64,000 nucleotides of DNA from NCBI RefSeq assembly GCF_963921235.1, contig NC_086109.1, forward strand, positions 1,614,001-1,678,000, given 5' to 3'. The notes beneath the pieces were generated by a model that saw nothing but the letters and a program-made list of their open reading frames with translations, was not told the DNA's origin and made no database searches. How positions within the stretch are numbered: the stretch's first letter is position 1; each line of letters starts with the position of its first letter. Position numbers and translations under genes: made by a program. This stretch comes from Mobula hypostoma (Eukaryota). Below, one piece after another: positions 1 through 14,100 of the stretch.

Positions 1-3000
1 AGCTCCCCACTTCCTCACCTCCCCACTTCCTCACCTCCCCACCTCCCCACTTCCTCACCTCCCCACCTCCCCACCTCCCCACCTCCCCACTTCCCCACCT
101 CTTCACCTCCCCACCTCCTCACCTCCCCACTTCCTCACCTCCCCACCTCCTCAACTCCCCACCTCCTCACTTCCCCACCTCCCCACTTCCCACCTTCCTC
201 ACCTCCCCACCTCCCCACCTCCCCACTTCCCCACCTCCCCACTTCCTCACCTCCCCACTTCCCCACCTCCCCACCTCCCCACTTCCTCACCTCCCCACTT
301 CCTCACCTCCCCACCTCCTCAACTTCCCCACCTCCCCACTTCCCCACCTCCCCACTTCCTCACCTCCCCTCCTCCCCACTTCCCCACCTCCCCACTTCCT
401 CACCTCCCCACTTCCTCACCTCCCCTCCTCCCCACCTCCCCACCTCCCCACTTCCTCACCTCCCCACCTCCCCACCTCCCCACCTCCCCACTTCCTCACC
501 TCCCCACCTCCTCACCTCCCCACCTCCCCACTTCCCCACCTCCCCACTTCCCCACCTCCCCACTTCCTCACCTCCCCTCCTCCCCACTTCCCCACTTCCC
601 CACCTCCCCACTTCCCCACCTCCCCACTTCCTCACTTCCTCACCTCCCCACCTCCCCACCTCCCCACTTCCTCACCTCCCCACTTCCTCACCTCCCCACC
701 TCCCCACTTCCTCACCTCCCCACTTCCTCACCTCCCCACCTCCCCACTTCCCCACCTCCCCACCTCCCCACTTCCTCACCTCCCCACTTCCTCACCTCCC
801 CTCCTCCCCACTTCCCACCTCCCCACTTCCTCACCTCCCCACCTCCCCACTTCCCCAACTCCCCACTTCCCCACCTCCCCACTTCCTCACCTCCCCTCCT
901 CCCCACTTCCCCACCTCCCCACTTCCCCACCTCCCCACCTCCTCACCTCCCCACCTCCCCACTTCCCCACTTCCCCACCTCCCCACTTCCTCACCTCCCC
1001 ACTTCTTCACCTCCCCACCTCCTCAACTCCCCACCTACCCACTTCCCCACCTCCCCACCTCCTCACCTCCCAACCTCCCCACCTCCCCACCTCCCCACCT
1101 CCTCACCTCCCCACCTCCCACCTCCCCACCTCCCCACTTCCCCACCTCCCCACCTCCCCACTTCCTCACCTCCCCACCTCCTCACCTCCCCACCTCACCT
1201 CCCCACTTCCCCACCTCCCCACTTCCTCACCTCCCCACCTCCCCACCTCCCCACCTCCCCACTCCCACTCCCTCCCACCTCCCCACCTCCCACCTCCCAC
1301 TCCACCTCCCCACCTCCCCACCTCCCCACCTCCCCACTTCCTCACCTCCCCACTTCCTCACCTCCCCACCTCCCCACTTCCCCACCTCCCCACCTCCCCA
1401 CCTCCCCACTTCCTCACCTCCCCACCTCCCCACCTCCCCACTTCCCCACCTCCCCACTTCCCCACCTCCCCACCTCCCCACCTCCCCACCTCCCCACTTC
1501 CCCACCTCCCCACCTCCTCACCTCCCCACCTCCTCACCTCCCCACCTCCTCACCTCCCCACCTCCTCACCTCCCCACCTCCTCACCTCCCCACCTCCCCA
1601 CTTCCCCACCTCCTCACCTCCCCACCTCCCCACTTCCCCACCTCCCCACCTCCCCACCTCCTCACCTCCCCACCTCCCCACTTCCCCACCTCCCCACTTC
1701 CCCACCTCCCCACTTCCTCACCTCCCACTCACCTCCCCACCTCCCCACCTCCCACTCCCACCTCACTCCCACCCCACTCCCACCTCCTCACTCCCCTCCC
1801 CATCCACCCCACCTCCCCACCTCCCACCCCTCCTCCTCACCTCCCCACCTCCTCACCTCCCCACCTCCCCACCTCCCCACTTCCCCACCTCCCACCTTCC
1901 CCACCTCCCCACCCCCACCTCCTCACTTCCTCCCACCTCTCCCACCTCCCACTTCCTCACCTCCCTCACCTCCCCACTCCTCACCTCCCCACCTCCCACC
2001 TCCTCCACCTCCCCACCTCCTCACCTCCCCACTCCTCACCTCCCCACTCCCCCTCCCACACTCCCCTCCCACCTCCCCACCTCCTCACCTCCCCACCTCC
2101 TCACCTCCCCACCTCCTCACCTCCCCACCTCCTCACCTCCCCACTTCCTCACCTCCCCACATCCCCAACTCTCCACCTCCCCACTTCCCCACCTCACCTC
2201 CCTACCTCCCCACCTCCACACCTCCATACCTCCCCACTTCCCCACCTCCCCACTTCCCCACCTCCTCACCTCCCCACCTCCCCACCTCCCCACTTCCCCA
2301 CCTCCCCACCTCCCCACTTCCCCACCTCCCCACCTCCCCACTTCCTCACCTCCCCACTTCCTCACCTCCCCACCTCCCCTCCTCCCCACTTCCCCACCTC
2401 CCCACTTCCCCACCTCCCCACCTCCCCACCTCCCCACTTCCCCACCTCCCCACCTCCCCACTTCCCCACCTCCCCACCTCCTCACCTCCCCACCTCCTCA
2501 CCTCCCCACCTCCCCACCTCCCCACTTCCTCACCTCCCCACTTCCCCACCTCCCCACCTCCCCACCTCCCCACCTCCCCATCTCTCCACCTCCTCACCTC
2601 CTCACCTCCCCACCTCCCCACCTCCTCACCTCCCCACCTCCCCACTTCCTCACCTCCCCTCCTCCCCCAGCTCCCCACCTCCCCACTTCCCCACCTCCCC
2701 ACTTCCCCACCTCCTCACCTCCCCACCTCCCCACCTCCCCACTTCCCCACCTCCCCACCTCCTCACCTCCCCACCTCCCCACTTCCCCACCTCCCCACTT
2801 CCTCACCTCCCCACCTCCTCACCTCCCCACCTCCTCACCTCCCCACCTCCCCACCTCCCCACTTCCCCACCTCACCTACTCACCTCCCCACCTCCTCACC
2901 TCCCCACCTCCCCACCTCCTCACCTCCCCACCTCCCACCTCCCCACTTCCCCACCTCCCCACTTCCTCACCTCCCCACCTCTTCACCTCCCCACCTCCTC

Positions 3001-6000
3001 ACCTCCCCACTTCCTCACCTCCCCACCTCCTCACCTCCCCACCTCCTCACTTCCCCACCTCCCCACCTCCCCACTTCCTCACCTCCCCACATCCCCAACT
3101 CTCCACCTCCCCACTTCCCCACTTCCTCACCTCCCCACCTCCCCACCTCCCCACCTCCCCACCTCCCCACTTCCTCACCTCCCCTCCTCCCCACTTCCCC
3201 ACCTCCCCACTTCCCCACCTCCCCACTTCCCCGCCTCCTCACCTCCCCACCTCCTCACCTCCCCACTTCCTCACCTCCCCACCTCCCCACTTCCCCACCT
3301 CCCAACATCCCCACCTCCCCACCTCCCCACCTCCCCACCTCCCCACCCCACTCTCACCTCCCCACCTCCTCACCTCTCCACTCCTCACCTCCCCACCTCC
3401 CTCACCTCCCCACCTCCCACCTCCCCTCCTCCCCACTCCCACCTCCCCACATCACCTCCCCACCTTCCCCACTTCCCACCTCCCCACCTCCTTCACCTCC
3501 CCACCTCCTCACCTCCCCACATCCCCACCTCCCCACCTCCCACTCCTCCCACCTCCCACCTCCTCACCTCCCCACCTCCCCACTTCCCCACCTCCCCACT
3601 TCCTCACCTCCCCTCCTCCCCACTTCCCCACCTCCCCACTTCCTCACCTCCCCTCCTCCCCACTTCCCCACCTCCCCACTTCCCCACCTCCCCACTTCCC
3701 CACCTCCCCACCTCCCCACCTCCCCACCTCCCCACCTCCTCACCTCCCCACCTCCCCACCTCCCCACCTCCTCACTTCCCCACCTCCCCACTTCCTCACC
3801 TCCCCACCTCCCCACCTCCCCACCTCCCCACCTCCCCACTTCCTCACCTCCCCACCTCCCCACTTCCTCACCTCCCCACCTCCCCTCCTCCCCACTTCCC
3901 CACCTCCCCACTTCCTCACCTCCCCACCTCCCCACTTCCCCACCTCCCCACCTCCCCACCTCCCCACCTCCCCACCTCCCCACCTCCCCACCTCCTCACC
4001 TCCCCACCTCCTCACCTCCCCACCTCCTCACTTCCCCACCTCCCCACCTCCTCACCTCCCCACCTCCCCACCTCCCCACCTCCCCACTTCCCACCTTCCT
4101 CACCTCCCCACCTCCCCACCTCCCCACCTCCCCACTTTCCCACCTCACCTCCCTACCTCCTCACCTCCCCACCTCTTCACTTCCCCACCTCCTCACCTCC
4201 CCACCTCCTCACCTCCCCACCTGCCCACCTCCTCACCTCCCCACTTCCACACATCCTTCCCTCGCCACCTCCCCACCTCCTCACATCCCCACCTCCCCAC
4301 CTCCTCACCTCCCCACCTCCTCACCTCCCCACCTCCCCACCTCCACACCTCCCCACTTCCCCACCTCACCACCCCACCTCCCCTCCTCCTCAGCTCCCAA
4401 CCTCCCCACTTCCTCACCTCCCCACCTCCCCACCTCCCCACCTCCCCACCTCCTCACCTCCCCACCTCCTCACCTCCCCACCTCCTCACCTCCTCACCTC
4501 CCCACCTCCTCACCTCCCCACCTCCCCACTTCCCCACCTCCTCACCTCCCCACCTCCCCACTTCCTCACCTCCCCACCTCCTCACTTCCCCACCTCCCCA
4601 CTTCCCCACCTCCCCACCTCCCCACCTCCTCACCTCCCCACCTCCCCACTTCCCCACCTCCCCACTTCCTCACCTCCCCACCTCCCCACCTCCCCACTTC
4701 CCCACCTCCCCACCTCCCCACCCTCCCCACCTCCCCACTTCCCCACCTCCCCACCTCCCCACCTCCCCACCTCCCCACCTCCCCACCTCCCCACTTCCCC
4801 ACCTCTCACTCCCCACCTCCCCACCCCCACCTCCCCACCTCCTCCTCCCCACCTCCCCACTTCCTCACCTCCCCTCCTCCCCACCTCCTCAACTCCCCAC
4901 CTACCCACTTCCGCACCTCACCTCCCTACCTCCCCATCTCCTCACTCCCCACCTCAACACCTCCTCACTCCCCACCTCCCCACCTCAACACCTCCTCACC
5001 TCCTCACCTCCCCACCTCCTCACCTCCCCACCTCCTCACCTCCCCACCTCCTCACTTCCCCACCTCCCCACTTCCCCACCTCCCCACCTCCCCACCTCCC
5101 CACCTCCCCACCTCCCCACCTCCCCACTTCCCCACCTCCCCACTTCCTCACCTCCCCACCTCCCCACCTCCTCACCTCCCCACATCCCCACCTCCTCACC
5201 TCCCCACTTCCTCACCTCCCCTCCTCCCCACTTCCTCACCTCCCCACCTCCTCACCTCCCCACACCTCCTCACCTCCCTACCTCCTCACCTCCCCACCTC
5301 CTCACCTCCCCACATCCCCACCTCCCCACCTCCTCACCTCCCCACTTCCTCACCTCCTCACCTCCCTACCTCCCCACGTCCCCACTTCCCCACCTCCCCA
5401 CTTCCTCACCTCCCCACCTCCCCTCCTCCCCACTTCCCCACTTCCTCACCTCCCCACCTCTTCACCTCCCCACCTCCCCACTTCCTCACCTCCCCACCTC
5501 CTCACCTCCCCACCTCCTCACTTCCCCACCTCCCCACTTCCCACCTTCCTCACCTCCCCACCTCCCAACTTCCTCACCTCCCCACCTCCTCACCTCCCCA
5601 CTTCCTCACCTCCCCACCTCCTCACCTCCCCACCTCCTCACCTCCCCACCTCCTCACCTCCCCACCTCCTCACCTCCCCACCTCCCCACTTCCCCACCTC
5701 CCCACCTCCTCACCTCCCCACCTCCCCTCCTCCCCACTTCCCCACCTCCCCACTTCCCCACCTCCCACCTCCTCACTCCCCACCTCCCCACCTCCTCACC
5801 TCCCCACCTCCTCACCTCCCCACCTCCTCACCTCCCCACCTCCTCACCTCCCCACCTCCTCACCTCCCCACCTCCTCACCTCCCCACTTCCCCACTTCCT
5901 CACTTCCCCACCTCCCCACCTCCTCACCTCCCCACCTCCCCACCTCCTCACCTCCCCACTTCCTCACCTCCCCACCTCCCCACTTCCCACCTCCCCACCT

Positions 6001-7782
6001 CCTCAACTCCCCACCTCCCCACTTCCGCACCTCCCCACCTCCCAACCTCCCCACTTCCTCACCTCCCCACTTCCACACATCCCCACCTCCTCACCTCCCC
6101 ACCTCCTCACCTCCCCACCTCCCCACCTCCTCACTTCCCCACCTCCTCACCTCCTCACCTCCCCACCTCCCCACCTCCCCACCTCCCCACTCCTCACCTC
6201 ACCTCCCACCTCCCCACCTCCACCTACCTCCCCACCTCCTCACCTCCCCACCTCCCCACTTCCACCTCCCCACCTCCTCACTTCCCCACCTCCTCACTTC
6301 CCCACCTCCCCACCTCCCCACCTCCCCACCTCCTCACCTCCCCACCTCCCCACCTCCTCACCTCCCCACCTCCTCACTTCCCCACCTCCCCACCTCCTCA
6401 CCTCACCTCCCTACCTCCCCACTTCCCCACCTCCCACTTCCTCACCTCCCCACCTCCTCACCTCCCCACCTCCTCACCTCCCCACCTCCCCACCTCCTCA
6501 CCTCCTCACTTCCTCACCTCCCCACCTCCCCACCTCCCCACTTCCTCACCTCCCCACCTCCTCACCTCCCCACCTCCCCACCTCCCCACCTCCCCACCTC
6601 CCCACCTCCTCACCTCCCCACTTCCCCACCTCCTCACCTCCCCACCTCCTCACTTCCCCACCTCCCCACCTCCTCACCTCACCTCCCTACCTCCCCACTT
6701 CTCCACCTCCTCTCTTCCCCACTTCCTCACCTCCCCACTTCCCCACCTCCTCACCTCCCCACCTCCTCACCTCCTCACCTCCTCACCTCCCCACCTCCTC
6801 ACCTCCTCACCTCCCCACTTCCTCACCTCCCCACCTCCTCACCTCCCCACCTCCTCACCTCCCCACCTCCCCACCTCCTCACCTCCCCACATCCCCACCT
6901 CCCCACCTCCCCACCTCCCCACCTCCTCACTTCCCCACCTCCTCACCTCCCCACCTCCTCACCTCCCCACCTCCTCACTTCCCCACCTCCCCACTTCCCC
7001 ACCTCCCCACATCCTCACCTCCCCACCTCCCCTCCTCCCCACTTCCCCACTTCCCCCCTCCCCACCTCCCCACCTCCCCACCTCCTCACCTCCCCACCAC
7101 CTCACCTCCTCACCTCCCCACCTCCCCACTTCCCCACCTCCTCACCTCCTCCTCACCTCCTCACTTCCCCACCTCCCCGCCTGCTTACCTCCCCACTTCC
7201 TCACCTCCCCATCTTCTCACCTCATCTCCTCACTTCCCCACCTCCACACCTCTTCACCTCCACACCTCCTCACCTCCCCACCTCACCTCCTCACTTCCCC
7301 ACCTCCCCACTTCCCCACCTCCTCACCTCCCCAACTCCTCACTTTACCACCTCCCCACCTCCTCACTTCCCCACCTCCTCACCTCACCTCCTCACCTGCG
7401 CACTTCTCACCCCCTCACCTCCCTACCTCCCCACCTCCCCACTTCCCCACCTCCTCACCTCCCCAGCTCCTCACTTTACCACCTCCCCACCTCCTTACTT
7501 CTCCACCTCCCCACCTCCTCACCTCACCTCCTCACTTCCCCACCTCCACACCTCCTCACCTCACCTCCTCACTTCCCCACCTCCACACCTCCTCACCTCC
7601 ACACCTCCTCACCTCTCCACCTCACCTCCTCACTTCCCCACCTCCCCACCTCCTTACCTCCTCACTTCTGCACCTCCCCATCTCCCCACTCCTCACTTCC
7701 CGACTTCCTCACCTCCCCATCTCCTCAGCTCCTCAGTTCCTCACCTCCCCACCTCCTCACCTCACCTCCCCACCTCCTCACC
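1..7782. repeat. C/A-rich satellite of ~8-bp units (CTCCCCAC / CTCCTCAC / TTCCCCAC); minus strand (GTGGGGAG)n
   Basis: Uninterrupted degenerate 8-mer array from base 1 to ~7782 with almost no G on the + strand; all ORFs in 456-6078 are repeat translations (GRWGGEEV). Confidence 0.97.
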
Positions 7783-7789
7783 TATTTTA

Positions 7790-7980
7790 TCACTAGCCTA
7801 ATCACAGGACAACTTCCAATGAGCAATTAACCTACTACCTGGTACATCTTTGGATTGTGGGAGGAAACTGGAGCATTCAGAAAAAAAAACCCACACTGTC
7901 GCAGGGAGAACATACAAATTCCCTACAGACAGTGCTGGAATTGAACTCCAAAGTCTGGAACAGCCCGAGCTGAAATAGCT
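7790..7980 (-). mobile_element. tRNA-derived SINE fragment (V-SINE/HE1-like)
   Basis: ttggattgtgggaggaaactggagca...aacccacac...gggagaacatacaaat...ggaattgaactcc resembles the reverse complement of the fish/shark V-SINE body as I recall it. Confidence 0.6.
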
Positions 7981-8029
7981 ACGTTAATTTGGCTAGCTGC
8001 TCTTCATATTTTATATTTTCTCTCCTTAT

Positions 8030-8490
8030 TGATTTTTAAATTGCCTTCTGTTCATTTTTAATATCTTCCTAATCCTCCAACTCGCACTATTTTTGCTATA
8101 TTGTATGCCCTTGCTTGCTTTTATGCCCTTTTTGACTCCCCTTGTCAGCCACGATTGCCTCATCCTCTCTTTAGAATATTACTTCTTCTTTTAGGATGGA
8201 CCAATTCTGTATCTTCTGAACCACTCCAGGAAACCACAGCCATTGCTGCTCTTCCATCATCCCTGCTAGTGTTCCATTCCAATTAACTTTGCCACCTCCT
8301 CTCTAATGCATCTGTAGTTACCTTTACTTAACTGTAATACTAATACATCCTAATTTAGTTTCTCCTTCTCAGACTGTAGGGTGAATTGTATCATATCATG
8401 ATCACTTCTTCCTAAAGGTTCCTTTATTTTAAGTTCTGCAATCAAATCTGGTTGATTACACAGCACCCAATACAGTTTGACTTTTCCCTG
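8030..8490 (-). mobile_element. Degraded CR1 LINE fragment (endonuclease-RT linker)
   Basis: Nucleotide similarity to 13080-13520 of the CR1 copy in this window. Confidence 0.6.
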
Positions 8491-8494
8491 CCCA

Positions 8495-9220
8495 ACCAGA
8501 GGAAATATGAGGTGTTGTTCCTCTAGTTTTCACTTTGTTTCAACTTGGCAGTAGAGGAGGCCAAAAACAGTGTGGAATAGGGTGGAGAATTAAAATGCTT
8601 GGCAGCTGGGGGATTCAGATGGCCACAATGGGCAGCACAAAGGTGCTCGGTAAAGCAGTTGCTCGACTGAGTCCAGTCTCACCGTTGTGGAGGAGGTCAC
8701 AATGGAAGCACTGGATGCAATAAGTAAGATTGCATATATGGTCAAGAGGTTCAGGTGTTGGTCTGACTAAACATCAGATGTCCATGTGAAATGCTGCCTC
8801 ACTTGGAAGGATGTTTAGGGTCCTGGATAGTGGATGATGTGTCTGACCTCAGCTGTCCTTACTGTCAAAGTGAGGCTAAGTGCCAACTAGAACAGCGTCT
8901 TTTATTCCACCTAGGTAGACTACAATCTTGTGCCATTAACATGAACAGCCCTTAGTCACCTCCACCTATTATCTCCCAGCTTCCAGCGTATATATACACA
9001 CAGTTCCCTCCTCCAGCTTCCTATCTCTGCCCTCTTCCTCCAACTGCCTTTCGCCCTTCTCACCTGGATCCACCTATCACCTGCCAGCTCCTTCTCCACC
9101 CATTCCCCCAACCTTTGTATATTGGCTATCTCCTCTTTTTCAGTCCAGATGAAAGTTCTTGACCCAAAACACCAACCATCCATTTCTGCTGGCTGACCCG
9201 CTGAGTTCCTCCAACATGAC
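8495..9220. mobile_element. Degraded Penelope-like element fragments (inverted GIY-YIG remnant plus 3' tail)
   Basis: Similar to 36900-37700; ends in a degenerate cagtccagatgaaag...aaaac motif and ctgacccgctgagttcctccaac tail. Confidence 0.5.
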
Positions 9221-9900
9221 ATGTCTGTGCCTCTGCCTCCAGCCGCTCCTCAAAGAGCACATTCCAGACTCTTTGTGAGAAAATAGCCTCTTCAGGTCCT
9301 GATTGATTGTTGTCACCCTTATCTGAAACACATGCCTTTGGGTAGTCGGCATGTCTGCTCTGTAGGGGAGATTCCTACTATCCACCATACCCATGCCCCT
9401 GTATCAGACCCACCCCCATCCACCTGTCATTGCTGCACCCATTTTCCCAACTGATCAATATTATCCTGTAGTCAAAGACTATCCTCCTCATTGTCAACAT
9501 TAGTTCTTGCTACCTCTTTAAAACATTCAAATTGGTCAGACAGACTCCCCACACCCCTCCCCACCACCACTAACTCACAAAACCATGCTATCGTTGAGTA
9601 ATCCCTGCCTTTCCAAATATAGCTTAATTTTGCCTTTGGATTTATTTCTCAATAATTTCCCGACCATTGATTTTAGAACAGGCTTAAAATTAGTTCCCTT
9701 ATCCCTGCTGCCCTTCTTAATTAAGGGAAACATATTTGCTGACCTTCAGTCATCCAGCACTTTATCTATGGACAGCAAAGAGATAAAAATCCCTTTCAGG
9801 ACCCCAGAAATCTCCTCCCTTGTTCTCCATAACAGCAAGGGACACCCCATCACAGTCTGGACATTCATCCACTTTTACGCCACTCAGACACTAACTTACA

Positions 9901-10415
9901 CACTCACTGGCCACTTTATTACATACCCCCCCACACCTAATACAGTGGCCACAGAATATATGTTCATGGTCGTTTGCTGCTGTAACCCATCCACTTCAGG
10001 ATTTGATGTGTTGTGCTCTTCTGCACACCAGTGTTGTAACATGTGAGTTACTGTCAGCTTGAACCAGTCTGGCCGTTATCCTCAGACGTCTCATTAACAG
10101 GACATTTTTGCCCACAGGACTGCTGCTCACTGGATGTTTTTCTTTTGTTTTTCACACCATTTTTTGTAAACTCGAGAATGTTGTGCCTAAAAATCCCAGG
10201 AGATCAGCAACATCTGAGATACTCAAGCCACCCTGTCTGGCACCAACAATCATTTGCTAAAAGTAACTTAGATCACGTTTCTTACCCATTCCAGTGTTTG
10301 GTCTGAACACAGATCACATCTGCGTGGTTTTGTGGATTGAGTTGCTACTACTTGATTGGCTGACTAGATACCTGCATTAATGGGCAAATGTACCTGATAC
10401 AGTGAACACAGAGTG
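9901..10415. mobile_element. Tc1-like non-autonomous element (MITE)
   Basis: Imperfect TIRs cactcactggccactttatta ... tgatacagtgaacacagagtg followed by TA; inserted in an old CR1 remnant (9420-10980). Confidence 0.6.
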
Positions 10416-11170
10416 TATCTCCATTTTAAATTGTAATTTGATTCAGAATTCCACCCCAACCTCTGAATTCTCCAATTATGCACTTTCCTTTAGTGAATGC
10501 AAATAAAAATTATTTGTTGAAGACTTTCTCTGAACCTGATAGGCCCCACTCATTCCTTGGTTACACTCTTTCCCTTAATGTACTAACAAGAATCTTCACA
10601 ATTTTACTTCATCTTCTCCTAGTACATTTTACACTTTCTGTACCACTGTTAGTCTTGCTATGGTCCCAATCCTTTATTCCTGCTATCTGTTTCCAGCCTT
10701 TTCTGTTATTATTAGCCTTCAATGTACCTTGTCATCCATGGTTTCCTGGTCTGGATATCTTTATAGGATAATATTTATCTTGAACTTTCACTATTTCACT
10801 TTTGAACATCTCTCGTTTGTCACACGTAGCCCCTCATGCAAGTAGCTTCTCCCAATCTACTTTTGAAGCTCTTTTGTATCACATTGAAACCAGCATTCTC
10901 CAAATTCAGGAGCTTATTTCTGGAAGACTACCTCTTTACAGTACAATCTTGAAATTGTAGTTTATGGTCACTATTTCTGAACTCCTTGCTCCTTTTTTTC
11001 CCTCATTCTGGTTGTCCTCTTACCCCTTACCTTCCCATCACATCCCTCTGGTTCCCCACCTCCTTCCATTTATTTCAGGTTCCACTGCCCTCTCCTACCA
11101 GATTCCTTCTGTTTCAGCCTTCTACCTTTTCTACATATTCCCTCCCAGCTTCTCGAATCATTCCATTTCC

Positions 11171-14100
11171 ATAAGACCAAGGAGCAGAAGTCGGCCATTC
11201 AGCCCATCGAGTCTGCTCCACCATTTTACCATGAGCTGATCCATTCTCTCATTTAGTCCCCCTCCCCCACCTTCTCACCATAACCTTTGATGCCCTAGCT
11301 ACTCAGATACCTATCAATCTCTGCCTTAAATACACCCAATGACTTGGCCTCCACTGCTGCCCGTGGCAACAAATTCCATAGATTCACCACCCTTTGACTA
11401 AAAAAAAATTTCTTCACATCTCTGTTCTGAATGGGCGCCCTTCAATCCTTAAGTCATGCCCTCTCGTACTAGACTCCCCCATCATGGGAAACAACTTTTG
11501 CCACATCCACTCTGTCCATGCCTTTCAACATTCGAAATGTTTCTATGAGGTCTCCCCTCATTCTCCTAAACTCCAAGGAATACAGTCCAAGAGCAGACAA
11601 ACGTTCCTCATATGTTAACCCTCTCATTCCCAGAATCATTCTAGTGAATCTTCTCTGTACCCTCTCCAACATCAGCACATCCTTTCTTAAATAAGGAGAC
11701 CACACTGCCCACAGTACTCCAAGTGAGGTCTCACCAGCACCTTAAAGAGCCTCAACATCACATCCCTGCTCCTATACTCTATTCCTCTAGAAATATATGC
11801 CAACATTGCATTCGCCTTCTTCACCACCAACTCAACCTAGAGGTTAACCTTAAGGGTATCCTGTGCGAGGACTCCCAAGTCTCGTTGCATCTCAGAACTT
11901 TGAATTCTTTCCCCATTTAAATAATCATCTGCCCGTTTATTACTTCTGCCAAAGTGCATAACCATACACTTTCCAAAATTGTACTTCATTTGCCACTTCT
12001 TTGCCCATTCTTCCAATCTATCCAAGTCTCTCTGCAGACTCTCCATTTCCTCAGCACTACCGGCCCCTCCACCTATCTTCGTATCATCAGCAAACTTAGC
12101 CACAAAGCCATCTATTCCATAATCCAAATCGTTGATGTACCATGTAAAAAGAAGCAGCTCCAACACGGACCCCTGTGGAACACCACTGGTAACCGGCAGC
12201 CAACCGGAATAGGATCCCTTTATTCACACTCTCTGTTTCCTGCCAATCAGCCAACACTCTATCCACGTATGTAACTTTCCTGTAATTCCATGGGCTCTTA
12301 TCTTGTTAAGTAGCCTCATGTGTGGCACCTTGTCAAAGGCCTTCTGAAAATCCAAATATACAACATCCACTGCATCTCCCTTGTCTAGCCTACTGGTAAT
12401 TTCCTCAAAAAATTGTAATAGGTTTGTCAGGCAGGATTTTCCTTTAAGGCATCCATGCTGAGTTCTGCCTATCTTGTCATATGCCTCCAGGTACTCTGTA
12501 ACCTCATCCTTGACAATCAACTCCAACAACTTCCCAACCACCGATATCAAGCTAACAGGTCTATAATTTCCTTTTTGCTTCCTTGCCCCCTTCTTAAATA
12601 GCAGAGTGACATTTGCAATCTTCCAGTCCTCTGGAACCATGCCAGAATCTATCGACTTTTGAAAGATCATCGCTAATGCCTCCGCAATCTCCACAGCTAC
12701 TTCCTTCAGAACACGCGGGTGCATTCCATCTGGTCCAGGAGATTTATCTACCTTTAGACTATTCAGCTTCCTGAGTACTTTCTCTGTCGTAATTGTGACT
12801 GCGCGCACTTCTCTTCCCTGCCACCCTTGAGTGTCCGGTATACTGCTGATGTTTTTCTCAGTGAAGACTGATGCAAAATACTTGTTCAGTTTCTCTGCCA
12901 TCTCCTTATCTGCCATTACAATTTCTCCAGCATCATTTTCTATTGGTTCTATATCTACTCTCACCTGTCTTTTACTCTTTATATACTTGAAAAAACTTTT
13001 AGTATCCTCTTTGATATTATTTGCTAGCTTCCTTTCATAGTTAATATTTTCCCTCTTAATGACCTTCTTAGTTTCCTTTTGTAAGCTTTTAAAAACTTCT
13101 CAATCCTCTGTCTTCCCACTTATTTTTGCTTCCTTGTATGCCCTCTCCTTTGCTTTAACTTTGGCTTTGACTTCTCTTGTCAACCACAGTTGCATCCTTT
13201 TTCCATTCAAAAATTTCTTCTTTTTTGGAATATATCTATCTTGCATCTTTCTCACTTCTCGCATAAACTCCAGCCACTGCTGCTCTGCCGTCTTTCCAGC
13301 CAGTGTCCCTTTCCATTCAACTTTGGCCAGTTCTTCTCTCATGCCACTGTAATTTCCTTTACTCCACTGAAATACCGACACATCAGATTTCGGCTTCTCT
13401 TTTTCAAATTTCACAGTGAACTCAATCATGCTATGATCACTGCCTCCTAAGGGTTCCTTCACCTCAATCTCTCCAATCACCTCCGGTTCATTACACAATA
13501 TCCAATCCAGTACAGCCGATCCCCTCGTGGGCTCAACAACAAGCTGTTCTAAAAAGCCATCTCGCAGACATTCTACAAATTCTTTCTCTCGAGATCCAGT
13601 GCCGACCTGATTTTCCCAATCCACTCGCATGTTAAAATCCCCCACAAGTATCATAACACTGCCCTTCTGACAAACCTTTTCTATTTCCTGTTGTAATTTG
13701 TAGTCCACATCCCTGCGGCTGTTTGGAGGCCAATAAATAACTGCCATCAGAGTCCTTTTACCCCTACAATTTCTTAGCTCAACCCATGAAGATTCTGCAC
13801 CTTCCGATCCTATATCACCTCTTTCTAATGATTTAATATAATTTCTTACCAATAAAGCTACACCTCCCCCTCTGCCTACCTTCCTATCCTTCCGATACAC
13901 CGTGTATCCTTGGACGTTCAGCTCCCAGAGACATGCATCCTTTAGCCACGTCTCAGTGATGGCCACAATATCATACCTGCCAATCTGTAGCTGTACAACA
14001 AGATCATCCACCTTATTCCTTATGCTGCGTGCATTTAAGTATAACACTTTAAGACCAGTATTTGGTACTTTTCGCTTTGATTTCACTGCAACTTTATTGC

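Noticed and set aside
456..6078. Many Gly/Trp/Arg-rich ORFs
   Set aside because: Translations of the 8-mer satellite; no splice or domain evidence
1..7782. Telomere or Ig switch region
   Set aside because: Unit is not TTAGGG; AGCT motifs are essentially absent and no Ig constant exons are present
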